From Longimicrobiales bacterium (GTDB taxonomy: Bacteria; Gemmatimonadota; Gemmatimonadetes; Longimicrobiales; Gaopeijiaceae): 64,000 bases of DNA. A model generated the notes under the pieces. That model was given only the letters and a program-made list of their open reading frames with translations, searched no databases and was not told the origin of the DNA. Made by a program: the position numbers and the translations under genes. The stretch spans positions 2,336,001-2,400,000 of the forward strand of contig OZ241869.1 of the NCBI GenBank assembly GCA_965202805.1, in the 5' to 3' direction. Numbering within the stretch: the first letter of the stretch is position 1; each line of letters opens with the position of its first letter. This document shows, in pieces, positions 29,345 to 39,022 of this stretch.

Positions 29345-30222
29345 TCGACACGATCACGAGCGCGCTCAACTGGGACGCGGTCATGGGCTGGTTCTACATA
29401 TTGAACGACCTGAGCCTGGTGTACGTGATCGTCCCGTTCTTCTTCGTCGAACTCATTCGCTATGCGTATCTGAAGCGTTTGAGCCTCGACGTCATCGGCG
29501 ACTCGGTGGCGAACGTCATCACTTTCGTGTCGTTCGTGGCCATCGAGTACGCCCTCGGCATCCTCTTCGTCACGAAGCTCTACTTCTGGATCTACGCGAA
29601 CTTCAGCCTGGCTCACCTGTCCCTGAACTGGGTCACCATCGTGACCTGTGTGCTGCTGGCCGATCTCATGTACTACTGGGATCACCGCATGATGCACAGG
29701 ATCGGGGTCGGATGGGCCACGCACACGGTGCATCACAGTTCACCCCACTTCAACATGTCGGTGGCCTATCGCTTCGGCCCCCTCGACGCGGTCTTCCCGC
29801 TCCTCTTCTCATTCCCGATCGTCATGCTGGGGTATCACCCCATCCTGGTGCTGCTGTCCGAGATCCTGGTCCAGCAGTTCCAGGCGATCCTGCACACGGA
29901 GGCGATCCGAAAGCTGCCGCGCCCGGTCGAGTTTGTCTTCAACACGCCCTCTCATCACCGGGTGCACCACGGTTCGAACCTGCAGTACTGGGACAGGAAC
30001 TACGCGGGCATGCTCATCGTCTGGGATCGCATGTTCGGGACCTTCGAACCGGAGGTCGAGCCGGTCATGTACGGCATCGAGCAGCCGCTCAACTCGAACA
30101 ACCCCATCAAGGTGTTTCTGCACGGGATCCAGCGCCTGGCCGTCAAGTTCTTCCAGACGAAGGGAATGGGGAACAAGCTGCGCGTGTTGGTGAAGCCGCC
30201 GAGCTGGAGTGCGCCGGAGTAG
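29341..30222 (+). CDS. Sterol desaturase / fatty acid hydroxylase family protein
   Basis: His boxes YYWDHRMMH, WATHTVHHSS, HTE, TPSHHRVHHG; NYAGMLIVWDRMFGTF. Confidence 0.92.
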   Translation: MIDTITSALNWDAVMGWFYILNDLSLVYVIVPFFFVELIRYAYLKRLSLDVIGDSVANVITFVSFVAIEYALGILFVTKLYFWIYANFSLAHLSLNWVTIVTCVLLADLMYYWDHRMMHRIGVGWATHTVHHSSPHFNMSVAYRFGPLDAVFPLLFSFPIVMLGYHPILVLLSEILVQQFQAILHTEAIRKLPRPVEFVFNTPSHHRVHHGSNLQYWDRNYAGMLIVWDRMFGTFEPEVEPVMYGIEQPLNSNNPIKVFLHGIQRLAVKFFQTKGMGNKLRVLVKPPSWSAPE

Positions 30223-30297
30223 GCGAGGTTACCCGCCCCCCTGCCCTGGCGAGGGGAGTCCAGGTATCCCGCCATGGCGGTTGGTAGCAGCCCTTCG

Positions 30298-32013
30298 CTA
30301 ACCCCCCGGCACCCGCAGAATCGGATACGACTCTCCCGCACGCAGCCGGTCCGCGAGGAAGCCCCAGTTGGCGAACCCGTCGTCGGACTGCGGCTCCAGC
30401 AGGCTGAACAGCAGGCGTCCCAGCGGCTGGTCGACCCGCGCGAGCATGTCCGCGGAATCCGGCGTGACCCGGGTCCTCTCGTAGCGCCCGAACACCGTTT
30501 GCTCGTTATGGCCCTGGAAGGGCTGCTCGGCCGTCCGTACCGAATCGATCCGGAACGCCTCCACATCCACGCGCACGGCCTCCGCCGGCTCGAGTGCAAC
30601 CCCATGCGCCGCGAGCCGCGTCAGGACCTCCTCCAGATCCGCGGGGACCAGGTAGGCCTCGGGGACCAGCTCCAGGAGGGTCGGCGCAAAGGTCCCGTAC
30701 TCGTACATCGGCGCGACGTATTGCGTATCGGTGCGCAGGAGCAGCGGGCGTCCGGTGAGCGGGTGCGCCTCCTCGATCGTGCCGCCCATGAGGATGTCGA
30801 CCGGCGCGGCCGAGCGCTCGGGTACGGCGCGGAGCGCCAGCGAATCGCCCACCACCGAGGCGGCATCGGCATCCGCCACGATGCTCCGCACCTCGCCCGC
30901 GTGCTCGTGCACGTAGTCCAGGATCTCCTCGACGAAGTACAGCGTGGCGAGCACCCGCTCCTCGAAGGACGCGTAGGAGTAGGCCTCGCTCAGGATGCCG
31001 ATCCGGTTGCGCAGGCCGAGGTAGTTGTTGTTGAACCGCGGGCGGTGGTCGAAGGTGTACCAGGCGGGCTCGCCCCCACCGCGCGCGAAGGCGTTCCCGT
31101 AGTAGTAGTACTCCCAGCCGTGCTTGTCCCGGATCTCCCCGGTCACGTGCGGAAGCAGCCCATCCCGGAGGAAGTCGTCGATTCGGGCCGGCGTGTTGGG
31201 GTGGAGCGGGGGCGAATAGGTGAGATGGTAGGCATGCTGGGTCCCGTTCGTCGTATGCAGATCGACGGCGACGTGCGGATCGTATTCGCTGAAGAGCCGC
31301 GCCACCGACCGCGCCTCGGGCGAGTCGAGCTTCATGTGATCGCGGTTCAGGTCGTAGCCCTGGGCGTTGGGCCGCTGCCCCATCCCGCCGATGGGCCCGT
31401 GCTGGCGGCCCCGGTTGGTGAGGGTCACCCGCTCGTTGCCGTCCGCGTTGTAGATGGGCCCGATCAGGAGCACCATCGACTCGCGCCATTCGCCGTGACG
31501 GCCGGCCATGAGGTCGCGGAGCAGCATCTGGAGCGCCTCCTTCCCGCACACTTCGCCCGCGTGGATGTTGCCCTGGAGATAGACGACCGTCCTGTCCGAA
31601 GCCCGCACCGAGGCCGGGCTCGCATCCTCGATGTCGCCCACTACCGCCAGGGGAAGCGCCCGCCCCTCGGTGCTGTAGCCGAACGTGGTGTAGTGGACCG
31701 ACGGCGAGCTGGCCGCCGCGCGCTGCAGGAAGTCGACGACATCGGCGTGGGAGCTGGTCTCGCGATAATCCGTGCGTTCCGCGCGCGTGAGAAAGGAATC
31801 GTCGGGGGCCGGGGCGCCGTCGCACGCCGAGAGCACGGCCGTGCAAGCCGCGAGCGCGCACGCGAGTGACCCCGACCGAGTGCGGGGAGGCGCCGGGGTG
31901 GCCCGCCGGGGACCCGAAGCTGCTCGTCCGGCTTCCGAAGCTGCTCGTCCCGTCTGCGAAGCCGCCCGTCCCGTCTGCGAAAGGGTTGCTTGTCCCGTGT
32001 CCGAACTGGTCAT
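30298..32013 (-). CDS. M14-family zinc carboxypeptidase (lipoprotein-like)
   Basis: NIHAGEVCGKE, YNADGNE, DLNRD, DLHTTNG; VLSAC lipobox. Confidence 0.88.
   Translation of the reverse strand: MTSSDTGQATLSQTGRAASQTGRAASEAGRAASGPRRATPAPPRTRSGSLACALAACTAVLSACDGAPAPDDSFLTRAERTDYRETSSHADVVDFLQRAAASSPSVHYTTFGYSTEGRALPLAVVGDIEDASPASVRASDRTVVYLQGNIHAGEVCGKEALQMLLRDLMAGRHGEWRESMVLLIGPIYNADGNERVTLTNRGRQHGPIGGMGQRPNAQGYDLNRDHMKLDSPEARSVARLFSEYDPHVAVDLHTTNGTQHAYHLTYSPPLHPNTPARIDDFLRDGLLPHVTGEIRDKHGWEYYYYGNAFARGGGEPAWYTFDHRPRFNNNYLGLRNRIGILSEAYSYASFEERVLATLYFVEEILDYVHEHAGEVRSIVADADAASVVGDSLALRAVPERSAAPVDILMGGTIEEAHPLTGRPLLLRTDTQYVAPMYEYGTFAPTLLELVPEAYLVPADLEEVLTRLAAHGVALEPAEAVRVDVEAFRIDSVRTAEQPFQGHNEQTVFGRYERTRVTPDSADMLARVDQPLGRLLFSLLEPQSDDGFANWGFLADRLRAGESYPILRVPGG
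31915..31981. repeat. 21-bp tandem repeat (3 copies plus partial) in the M14 peptidase 5' end
   Basis: Units start at 31915, 31936 and 31957 and encode SQTGRAA/SQTGRAA/SEAGRAA. Confidence 0.85.
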
Positions 32014-32080
32014 GTGTTCACCGCGCCTTTCCGATGGTCGGGTTGGTTTGCGCCACCAGCCCCAACCTATATTGCTGCCC

Positions 32081-33673
32081 ATGAGCGGCGCACGGGATCG
32101 GCGAGCCACGGCGGATGCCGGGCTGTGGAAGGGACTCAATCCCGGGATGGCGCTGGCCGCGAAGGGCGTGGTCCTGGTCTTCGTCCTCGCCACGGTCCGG
32201 GACGTGGACGCCGCCGGCGCCGTCTTCGGCCGCATCCGCGACTGGATCGAGGGCACGCTCGACTGGTTCTACATCCTGACCGTCTGCGCCGCCGTGCTCA
32301 CCTGCCTGTTCCTGGTGTGCAGCCGGTTCGGCAGGATCCGGCTCGGCGACGACGCGTCCGAACCCGAGTTCAGGACCTCCTCCTGGATCGCCATGCTGTT
32401 CTCGGCGGGAATCGGGATCGGGGTGCTGTTCTTCTCGATCGCCGAACCGCTCTTCTATTTCGACACCAGCTCGGCTGCCGGCTACCCGAACAACCCATTT
32501 GCCGACATGGCGGGCGCCGTGCTGCCGGACGAGCAGCGTGCCGTGCACGCGATGCGCGTCACCTACTTCCATTGGGGCATACACGGATGGGCCGCGTACG
32601 TCGTCGTCGGGCTGTGTCTGGCCTACTTCGGATTCCGCAGGAAGCTGCCGCTGACGCTGCGCTCTGCTCTGTACCCCCTCATCGGCGATCGCATCTACGG
32701 CCCGATCGGTGACCTGGTGGACCTGCTGGCCGTGTTCGGCGGGGTCTTCGGCATCGCGACCTCCCTGGGCCTCGGGGCAAGCCAGATGGCCACCGGACTC
32801 AACGTTCTGTTCGACGTGGATCCGGGTGTCGTCACGCAGGTCGGGCTCATCGCCGCCATCTCGCTGGCGGCAACATTGTCGGCGGTATCCGGTGTGAGGC
32901 GCGGGATCCGCATGCTGTCCGAGTGGAACATCGTACTGAGCATCCTCCTGCTGGGATGCTTCCTGTTTCTGGGCCCCTTCACGTGGCTCGTCCAATTCCT
33001 CGCCACCTCCATCGGCGCGTACCTGTGGCGTGTTGTGCCCATGGGATTCTGGATCGCCGACGCTCCCGATCAGGCGGCGTGGCAGAACGCCTGGACGATC
33101 TTCTACTGGGGATGGTGGATCTCCTGGGCGCCCTTCGTCGGCACGTTCATCGCCCGCATCTCCCGCGGGCGCACGCTGCGCGAGTTCATCCTGGGCGTGC
33201 TGTTCGTCCCGACCGGCCTGGGGCTGCTGTGGTTCGGGATTTTCGGCGGCAACGCCCTCCATCTGGAGCTCAACGCCGCGGGCGGCGTCGGCACGGCCGG
33301 GATCCTGGAACTGGTGCGGGCCGCGAACTACGAAGCCGCGCTCTACGCGACCATCGACCGCATGAGCGACGTCGGCTGGCTCACCTGGACCATGTCCGCC
33401 ATGGCCACCTTCCTGCTGGCGACGTGGTTCATTACGTCGTCGGATTCCGGCACCCTGGTCATCACCACCTTCCTGAGCATGGGCAACGCTCACCCCCCGC
33501 GGCGTTTCCGCATCGTCTGGGGGCTCGGCGTGGGGACGGTGGCCGCCGTGCTCCTGCTTGCCGACGGTCTCCAGGCCCTGCAGACCGCTGCCATCGCCGC
33601 CGCCCTGCCCGTGAGCGTCGTGCTGTTGTTCATGATCGCCGGACTGCTCAAGTCGCTGGCGCGGGATCCGTGA
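32081..33673 (+). CDS. BCCT-family (betaine/carnitine/choline) transporter
   Basis: SWIAMLFSAGIGIG, YFHWGIHGWAAY, WTIFYWGWWISWAPFVGTFIARISRGRT, TSSDSGTLV. Confidence 0.95.
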   Translation: MSGARDRRATADAGLWKGLNPGMALAAKGVVLVFVLATVRDVDAAGAVFGRIRDWIEGTLDWFYILTVCAAVLTCLFLVCSRFGRIRLGDDASEPEFRTSSWIAMLFSAGIGIGVLFFSIAEPLFYFDTSSAAGYPNNPFADMAGAVLPDEQRAVHAMRVTYFHWGIHGWAAYVVVGLCLAYFGFRRKLPLTLRSALYPLIGDRIYGPIGDLVDLLAVFGGVFGIATSLGLGASQMATGLNVLFDVDPGVVTQVGLIAAISLAATLSAVSGVRRGIRMLSEWNIVLSILLLGCFLFLGPFTWLVQFLATSIGAYLWRVVPMGFWIADAPDQAAWQNAWTIFYWGWWISWAPFVGTFIARISRGRTLREFILGVLFVPTGLGLLWFGIFGGNALHLELNAAGGVGTAGILELVRAANYEAALYATIDRMSDVGWLTWTMSAMATFLLATWFITSSDSGTLVITTFLSMGNAHPPRRFRIVWGLGVGTVAAVLLLADGLQALQTAAIAAALPVSVVLLFMIAGLLKSLARDP

Positions 33674-33677
33674 GGAG

Positions 33678-33726
33678 GTCGGATCGGAGGGGATGGAGTC
33701 GGATCGGTGGGGATCGGGTCGGATCG
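33678..33726. repeat. 20-bp tandem repeat (2.5 copies, GTCGGATCG core)
   Basis: gtcggatcg starts at 33678, 33698 and 33718. Confidence 0.75.
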
Positions 33727-33737
33727 ATTGAGCCCGC

Positions 33738-33882
33738 TTAGGAAAACTTTCTTCCTTGGCGGGATCTTAAAGAAAGTGAATGGCCGCAACTTTTCGTTAG
33801 ACGAACGAAGTGAGCGACGTTAGGAAGATCTCCTTTCCAACGAAGACGCTAACGAAAGCAAACGTCTTGAATCTTTCCTACG
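33738..33882. promoter_or_regulatory. AT-rich region with direct and inverted TA(G/AC)GAAAG-like boxes upstream of fic
   Basis: ttaggaaaa 33738, ttttcgttag 33791, ttaggaag 33820, ctaacgaaag 33849, ctttccta 33873. Confidence 0.5.
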
Positions 33883-33975
33883 GCGGCGCCATCTTGGGAT
33901 CCACCCCGTCGGTTCCACGTCCAGCGATGTCCCTGACGCGCCGACAGAGAAGTCGCTGGCCGATGCTCATGCAAC

Positions 33976-35145
33976 ATGCGTCGCGAATCCACAGGCACCT
34001 ATGAAGTGACCACCGGTGGCGGAGAGACCGTGCGGGCCTTCGTGCCCCACCCTCTCCCGCCCGTTCCGGAAGTTGATTTCCGCGAGGATCTCCGGCGTCC
34101 GCTCGAAGCCGCCACGGCCGCGCTGGGGCGGCTCGATGCGGTCACGGAACTGCTGCCCGATGCAACCGTCTTCGTGTACGGCTACGTGCGCAAGGAGGCC
34201 GTGCTGTCCTCTCAGATCGAAGGCATCCAATCCTCGCTGTCCGACCTGATGCTCCACGAGGCGGGCGGTGCGCCCGGCGCCCCGATCAGCGACGTACTGG
34301 AAACGTCGAACGCCGTGGCGGCCCTCGATCACGGCGTCGAGCGCCTGCGAGGCGGGTTCCCGCTTTCCAATCGCCTCATGCGGGAGATGCACGCCAAGCT
34401 GCTTGCGACCGGGCGCGGGGCGGCCATGATGCCGGGTGAGTTCCGGCGATCGCAGAACTGGATCGGTGGTTCGCGTCCGGGCAACGCGGCCTTCGTTCCG
34501 CCGCCGCCCAACCATGTCCAGGACTGCATGGCGGGGTTGGAGCGCTTCATCCACGCCACGGACGATGGATTTCCCGTCCTCGTCAAGGCCGGACTGGCGC
34601 ATGTGCAGTTCGAGACCATCCACCCGTTCCTCGACGGCAACGGCCGGCTGGGACGATTGCTGATCACGCTCATGCTGTGTGATGCCGGACTTCTCCGCGA
34701 GCCGCTTCTCTACCTCAGCCTGTACTTCAAGCGCAACCGGAGCACCTACTACCAGCTCCTCAACGACATCCGGCACACCGGAGACTGGGAAGCCTGGCTG
34801 CGCTTCTTCCTCGAGGGTGTGTGCGAGGTAGCGGAGGTAGCCTTCGCGACGGCTCGATGCGCCAGCGAGACGATCCGGGACGACCGGGCGCGAATCGGCC
34901 GGCTGGGACGGCGCGCGGGCTCGGCGCTGCGAGTGCACCAATCTCTCGTCGAACGCCCGATCGGGGGCATCGGCAATCTCGCGCGGCGAACCGGCCTCTC
35001 CGCGCCGACCGTAGCCGCCGTGCTCCGGCTTCTCGAAGAACTGGACATCGTGCGCGAGGTCACGGGTCGCCAGCGAGGCAAGATCTTCACCTATGAGCGG
35101 CATCTGGCCGTTCTGCGGGAAGGGATGGAGGATCCGCCGGGGTAG
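33976..35145 (+). CDS. Fic family protein (class II) with C-terminal HTH
   Basis: Catalytic HPFLDGNGRLGR, N-terminal inhibitory SSQIEG, GEFRRSQNWIGG, C-terminal EVTGRQR. Confidence 0.95.
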   Translation: MRRESTGTYEVTTGGGETVRAFVPHPLPPVPEVDFREDLRRPLEAATAALGRLDAVTELLPDATVFVYGYVRKEAVLSSQIEGIQSSLSDLMLHEAGGAPGAPISDVLETSNAVAALDHGVERLRGGFPLSNRLMREMHAKLLATGRGAAMMPGEFRRSQNWIGGSRPGNAAFVPPPPNHVQDCMAGLERFIHATDDGFPVLVKAGLAHVQFETIHPFLDGNGRLGRLLITLMLCDAGLLREPLLYLSLYFKRNRSTYYQLLNDIRHTGDWEAWLRFFLEGVCEVAEVAFATARCASETIRDDRARIGRLGRRAGSALRVHQSLVERPIGGIGNLARRTGLSAPTVAAVLRLLEELDIVREVTGRQRGKIFTYERHLAVLREGMEDPPG

Positions 35146-35196
35146 GGTGGGAGGAGGATTCGGGATTGGCTGTGACAGGACTTGATCCAGTGGGGA

Positions 35197-36011
35197 TGTA
35201 CCGCCCGACTCCCGGTGTTGCCGCGACGCTGCTGATCGGACTGGTGATCGGCGTGCTCTCCGCCGGGTGCAGGAGTCTCCCGAGCGATACCGGCGAGGCC
35301 ATGACCCTGCGCTTCGATTTCGATGAGGGACCTCAAGGGTTCGTCGAGGGCTTCGCCGACTATCCTCCCGCCCATGAGGAGATCTACTAGTTGACATCCG
35401 GGCACCGTGCCCTCCCCGCCCCTCTGGCGTCGCAGTCCGGGCTGTTCCTTTCCGGGGTCAACAGAAGCGACGACCTGTTCATGTACTTCAAGGGCCCCAT
35501 CGACGGCCTGACCCCCGGAGCGAGCTATGCCGTCGAGGTCAGCGTGGAAATCGCGACCAGTAGGCCGGGCGGTTGCATTGGCGTCGGAGGTGCGCCGGGC
35601 GAGAGCGTCTGGATCAAGGCCGGCGTGACCGCGGAAGAACCAGCCGCCGTCCTGGAAGGCTCCCACCTGCGCATGAACATCGACATTGGACGGCAATCCA
35701 ACGGCGGCACGCAGGCGGTGGTGCTCGGCAACGTGGCAAACTCGCGGCAGTGCGAGCAGTCCCGTGAATGGGAACTTAAGGCCCTGGAGAGCCAATCGAC
35801 ACCGGCAGGCACCTCGGTATCTGCCGACGGCCGCGCTTGGCTCCTGATCGGCGTCGATTCGGGATTCGAGAGCCGGACGGAGGTCTATTTCACACGCGCG
35901 GCGGTTACGTTGACGCCGAGTGCGGGGGGGGGGGTGATCGGGGTGGGGATTGCGCGGGTGGGAGGGAGCTTTAGACAAAAGTGGATCTACATGGGAGGAG
36001 TACCGAATTGA
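35197..36011 (+). pseudogene. Lipoprotein gene interrupted by an in-frame TAG (35388-35390), with a G11 tract near the 3' end
   Basis: ORFs 35166-35390 and 35391-36011 share a frame; LSAGC lipobox; the sequence reads continuously as GFADYPPAHEEIY*LTSGHRALP...NRSDDLFMY. Confidence 0.7.
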
Positions 36012-36739
36012 TGAAGACCATTTCGTTCTCGATCACACAGGTCAATCGCCTGCGGCGGGCTGCGGCCAAGGCTAGGGAGATACTCCCCGAGGAGAACCAC
36101 TGGGAGGGAAGCGCTCCCCTCGCCACCGCCTGCGCCAACGACCTCCTGCGCGTCTTCGAAACACTTTGGCTCAAGCCAGGATTCGGCCTGCATGCGTACG
36201 CTTATCGGGGAGGCATCGGTGGTAACGGCGGGATATGGGCGGTGCCAGCCGATTCCTTACCCGTCGCGTCGGACGGGAGTACCAAGCTTGAAGGCGAGTG
36301 GATGCAGCGTCCGCCCGGGGCCGTCTCCCTAATGCAGGCAATAGAGGGCGACGGGAGTCCCTGGTCCTACCTGTCTGCATCCATCCTTTCCCGCGAGGCC
36401 GCTGAATTCGGGGCATGGTGGCACGGCTGCGATTGGACCGACCAGGCGATTATCGCCAGGATTCCGCGGAACGCCGAGGACCGGGACGCGCTGGGTGACT
36501 CGTGGGTGCTGGCCGGGGGCGCACCCGTCGGGAACTGGAAATGGTCCGCCCCAGTTCCTCGCACGTGGCAGCCGACCTACAGGGACACCGGAGCGACCAA
36601 GGAGGTCGGTCTGCACATCTACAATCCTGTAGGTGCCGAACACATCTACCGGGCCACAGACACCTATCCCGCTGGCACCTACCGTGGTACTACCGAGACC
36701 ACAGGGTTGTGCTGGGGCAAAGGGGGGTTCGTATACTAG
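36011..36739 (+). CDS. Hypothetical Trp/Gly-rich protein
   Basis: ATG preceded by ggagga; GGNGGIWA, GDGSPWSYLSASILSRE, EFGAWWHGCDW. Confidence 0.7.
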   Translation: MKTISFSITQVNRLRRAAAKAREILPEENHWEGSAPLATACANDLLRVFETLWLKPGFGLHAYAYRGGIGGNGGIWAVPADSLPVASDGSTKLEGEWMQRPPGAVSLMQAIEGDGSPWSYLSASILSREAAEFGAWWHGCDWTDQAIIARIPRNAEDRDALGDSWVLAGGAPVGNWKWSAPVPRTWQPTYRDTGATKEVGLHIYNPVGAEHIYRATDTYPAGTYRGTTETTGLCWGKGGFVY

Positions 36740-36743
36740 CCGA

Positions 36744-37814
36744 TCATGCAGCTCTGTACGGAGCCGCCGACAATATTCTTCGCCAATCGTCCGACAACGG
36801 CCTCAGTTCCTTTGCTTGAACCCAGACCTGTCGCCCCTCCCGGTGTGCCCGGCCGTAGGCCCAGCGTGCGATCCGGCGAGTCGCGGGCCAATCGTGCAGG
36901 ACCTTGAGCCGATCGAAGCCCTCGTGCAGTTCATCCCGGCGGGTACGATTCCGCTCGGTCCATCGTTCGAGGTGTTCCTCTGCGGCTAGCACGTCCGATT
37001 TGCTCGAGTTGCACCCCTGGTGGGCCAGGACGAAGTTGTGGCCGAGGTCCAGCGAGTACAGCCTCCACGGGATGAAGTGGTCGACGTCCGCCCGCGACCT
37101 GAAGTCACGTTCGCAGTAGAAGCATCGGCCCCGCTGCACATTCCGGAGCAGGGGACGGTACGCGGCGAGGGAGCCGCGTCGGGACCCGAACAGGAACGAA
37201 CGCAGATCGACGACCTGGCCCAGGAGCCGCGGGTTGCGCCGCTGGACGAAGTGGGACCATGCGCCCTCGATAATGTCGGTGACCATCGGATAGAAGGCCC
37301 GAAAGCAGTAGGCGACTCCGGGTTCGAGCCGGACTACTCCCCCGGCATCGACGTTTTCGTACAGGAACTCCAGCCGTTCGGACCCGACGGTCTGCAACTT
37401 CCAGAGCGGCATCTTCCTTACGGTGTGCTCGACCTTGCGCCGCAGCTGGCCCCAGTCCCCAGCGCTCCTCTCGAGTTCAGCCAGGGAGCCTTGATACTGG
37501 TTGTGACGTTCAGCCAGTTCGCGCACGACCGCTGCCTGCCGGCCGGTGTTCTGGCTGAGGATCGCGGAGTCATCGCCCGCAACGAAGGGGGCGACCTGAG
37601 GCCAGTAGAGCCGGACGAACTGTTCCGCGATCTCGGAGGTGGATAGTTCCAGTTCAGCGCCACTTTCGTCGCCCTGGACCAGGCACAGGTCCGCGATGGC
37701 ATGGAGCAGCGCAAACTTGTAGCTGGAGACAAAACTGCCCTCATCCAGAAGCCGCTGAAGCGAACGAAGGAACGCAAGCTGTTCCTCGGCCGTGGGCGGT
37801 CTCGGCTCGTTCAT
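36744..37814 (-). CDS. HNH endonuclease with large N-terminal domain
   Basis: SYKFALL and MPLWKLQ in the N-terminal domain; CFYC...DVDHFIPW...HNFVLAHQGCNSSKSD. Confidence 0.88.
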   Translation of the reverse strand: MNEPRPPTAEEQLAFLRSLQRLLDEGSFVSSYKFALLHAIADLCLVQGDESGAELELSTSEIAEQFVRLYWPQVAPFVAGDDSAILSQNTGRQAAVVRELAERHNQYQGSLAELERSAGDWGQLRRKVEHTVRKMPLWKLQTVGSERLEFLYENVDAGGVVRLEPGVAYCFRAFYPMVTDIIEGAWSHFVQRRNPRLLGQVVDLRSFLFGSRRGSLAAYRPLLRNVQRGRCFYCERDFRSRADVDHFIPWRLYSLDLGHNFVLAHQGCNSSKSDVLAAEEHLERWTERNRTRRDELHEGFDRLKVLHDWPATRRIARWAYGRAHREGRQVWVQAKELRPLSDDWRRILSAAPYRAA

Positions 37815-39022
37815 TCGTCCCAATACGCGGCGCGCTCGGGGACGACCCAGCGAATGCCGCCTCTCGGATCCCCGACATCCCCGTGAGACCGGGGGATGAT
37901 GTGCACATGTGCATGCTCAACGGTCTGACCTGCCGCCGTCCCTTCGTTGAGCCCGACATTGAAGCCGTCGGGGTTGAACGCCGCCCGCAGCTCATTCCGC
38001 ACCTTGGCCACGAGATACCAGACGTCGGCCTGGATATCGGCGCTCTGGTCGAGTAACGTCGCCGCGTGCGCCCTAGGAATCACGAGGGTGTGGCCGCTGG
38101 TGACGGGATATCGGTCCCGGATGGCGAAGGCATGCCGCGACTCGGCCACTACCGATTCCTCGGGCAGGTGGCAGAAGGGACATTCGACCGGTGGGTCGGC
38201 ACCAACCGGCGAACTGGCGGCAGCCTCTCGGGTTTCTTCCGGCCACCAGATTCGTCCCTCGATGAGTTCCGTGCGGTCTTCGGCTGCGGTGAGAGTGGAG
38301 ATCTCATCCAGGTGGCGGCTCATGACCACGGCTGATACCGCTGCGTCGAAGGCGTCCTCGGAAGAGGCGGCCTTGCACGCGAGCCTGTAATCGATCTCGC
38401 AACATTTCTCAGCCAAGTACATCTGCCGAGCGTCGAAATCAGATTTGTTCACCGGGCCGGTGAGCAGCCGCGGATAGATTTCGATGACCAAGGGCGACGC
38501 TACCTCGTGAAAAGGCCAGATCGAAAAGCCTTCCTCGCGGAGGGTCGCCAAGTGCGGCATTCCGCGGATCGAGCCTGTGCCGACTGCGCCGGCGCCACCG
38601 ATCTGGAAGACGCTCTTGGGGCTCGAGCCCTTCGCCCTGGAAGCGTCCTCCGTGGCCCGAAAGTGCGTGGGCAGGTCTGGCTTGGGCCTTCGAGGTCTTC
38701 CCCAGAACGGGGGCGAGCAATCGCCCAGCCATTCCTCGCCCTGCTCGGCGACGAGCTTCCAAAGTTCTTCGATCGACTCCCTAACCCGTTGCTCCGCAAA
38801 CCAACTTGGGAAGGAGAACGCGAAGTCCAAGCCAATGACGACATTGGGATCCGCGGAGGCGTCATCGATCACATGTTGGACCACGTCGCCACGATCACGT
38901 CCCGACTCCAGACGTGCAAGCCGTCCGTCACGGACCTCGGCAAGCCAGATCTTGGACCGCGCGCCAGACTTCGCTCCGGACCAATCAATGGCGATAACGC
39001 GTTTCGTGGAAGTGAACATCAC
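37811..39022 (-). CDS. Fusion of a DUF429-like (RNase H-like fold) domain and a HIT hydrolase domain
   Basis: N-terminal IAIDWSGA, IGLDFAFSFP, IEIYP, DAFDA; C-terminal CPFC, YPVTSGHTLVIPRAH, GFNVGLNEGTAAGQTVEHAHVHIIPR. Confidence 0.8.
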   Translation of the reverse strand: MMFTSTKRVIAIDWSGAKSGARSKIWLAEVRDGRLARLESGRDRGDVVQHVIDDASADPNVVIGLDFAFSFPSWFAEQRVRESIEELWKLVAEQGEEWLGDCSPPFWGRPRRPKPDLPTHFRATEDASRAKGSSPKSVFQIGGAGAVGTGSIRGMPHLATLREEGFSIWPFHEVASPLVIEIYPRLLTGPVNKSDFDARQMYLAEKCCEIDYRLACKAASSEDAFDAAVSAVVMSRHLDEISTLTAAEDRTELIEGRIWWPEETREAAASSPVGADPPVECPFCHLPEESVVAESRHAFAIRDRYPVTSGHTLVIPRAHAATLLDQSADIQADVWYLVAKVRNELRAAFNPDGFNVGLNEGTAAGQTVEHAHVHIIPRSHGDVGDPRGGIRWVVPERAAYWDE

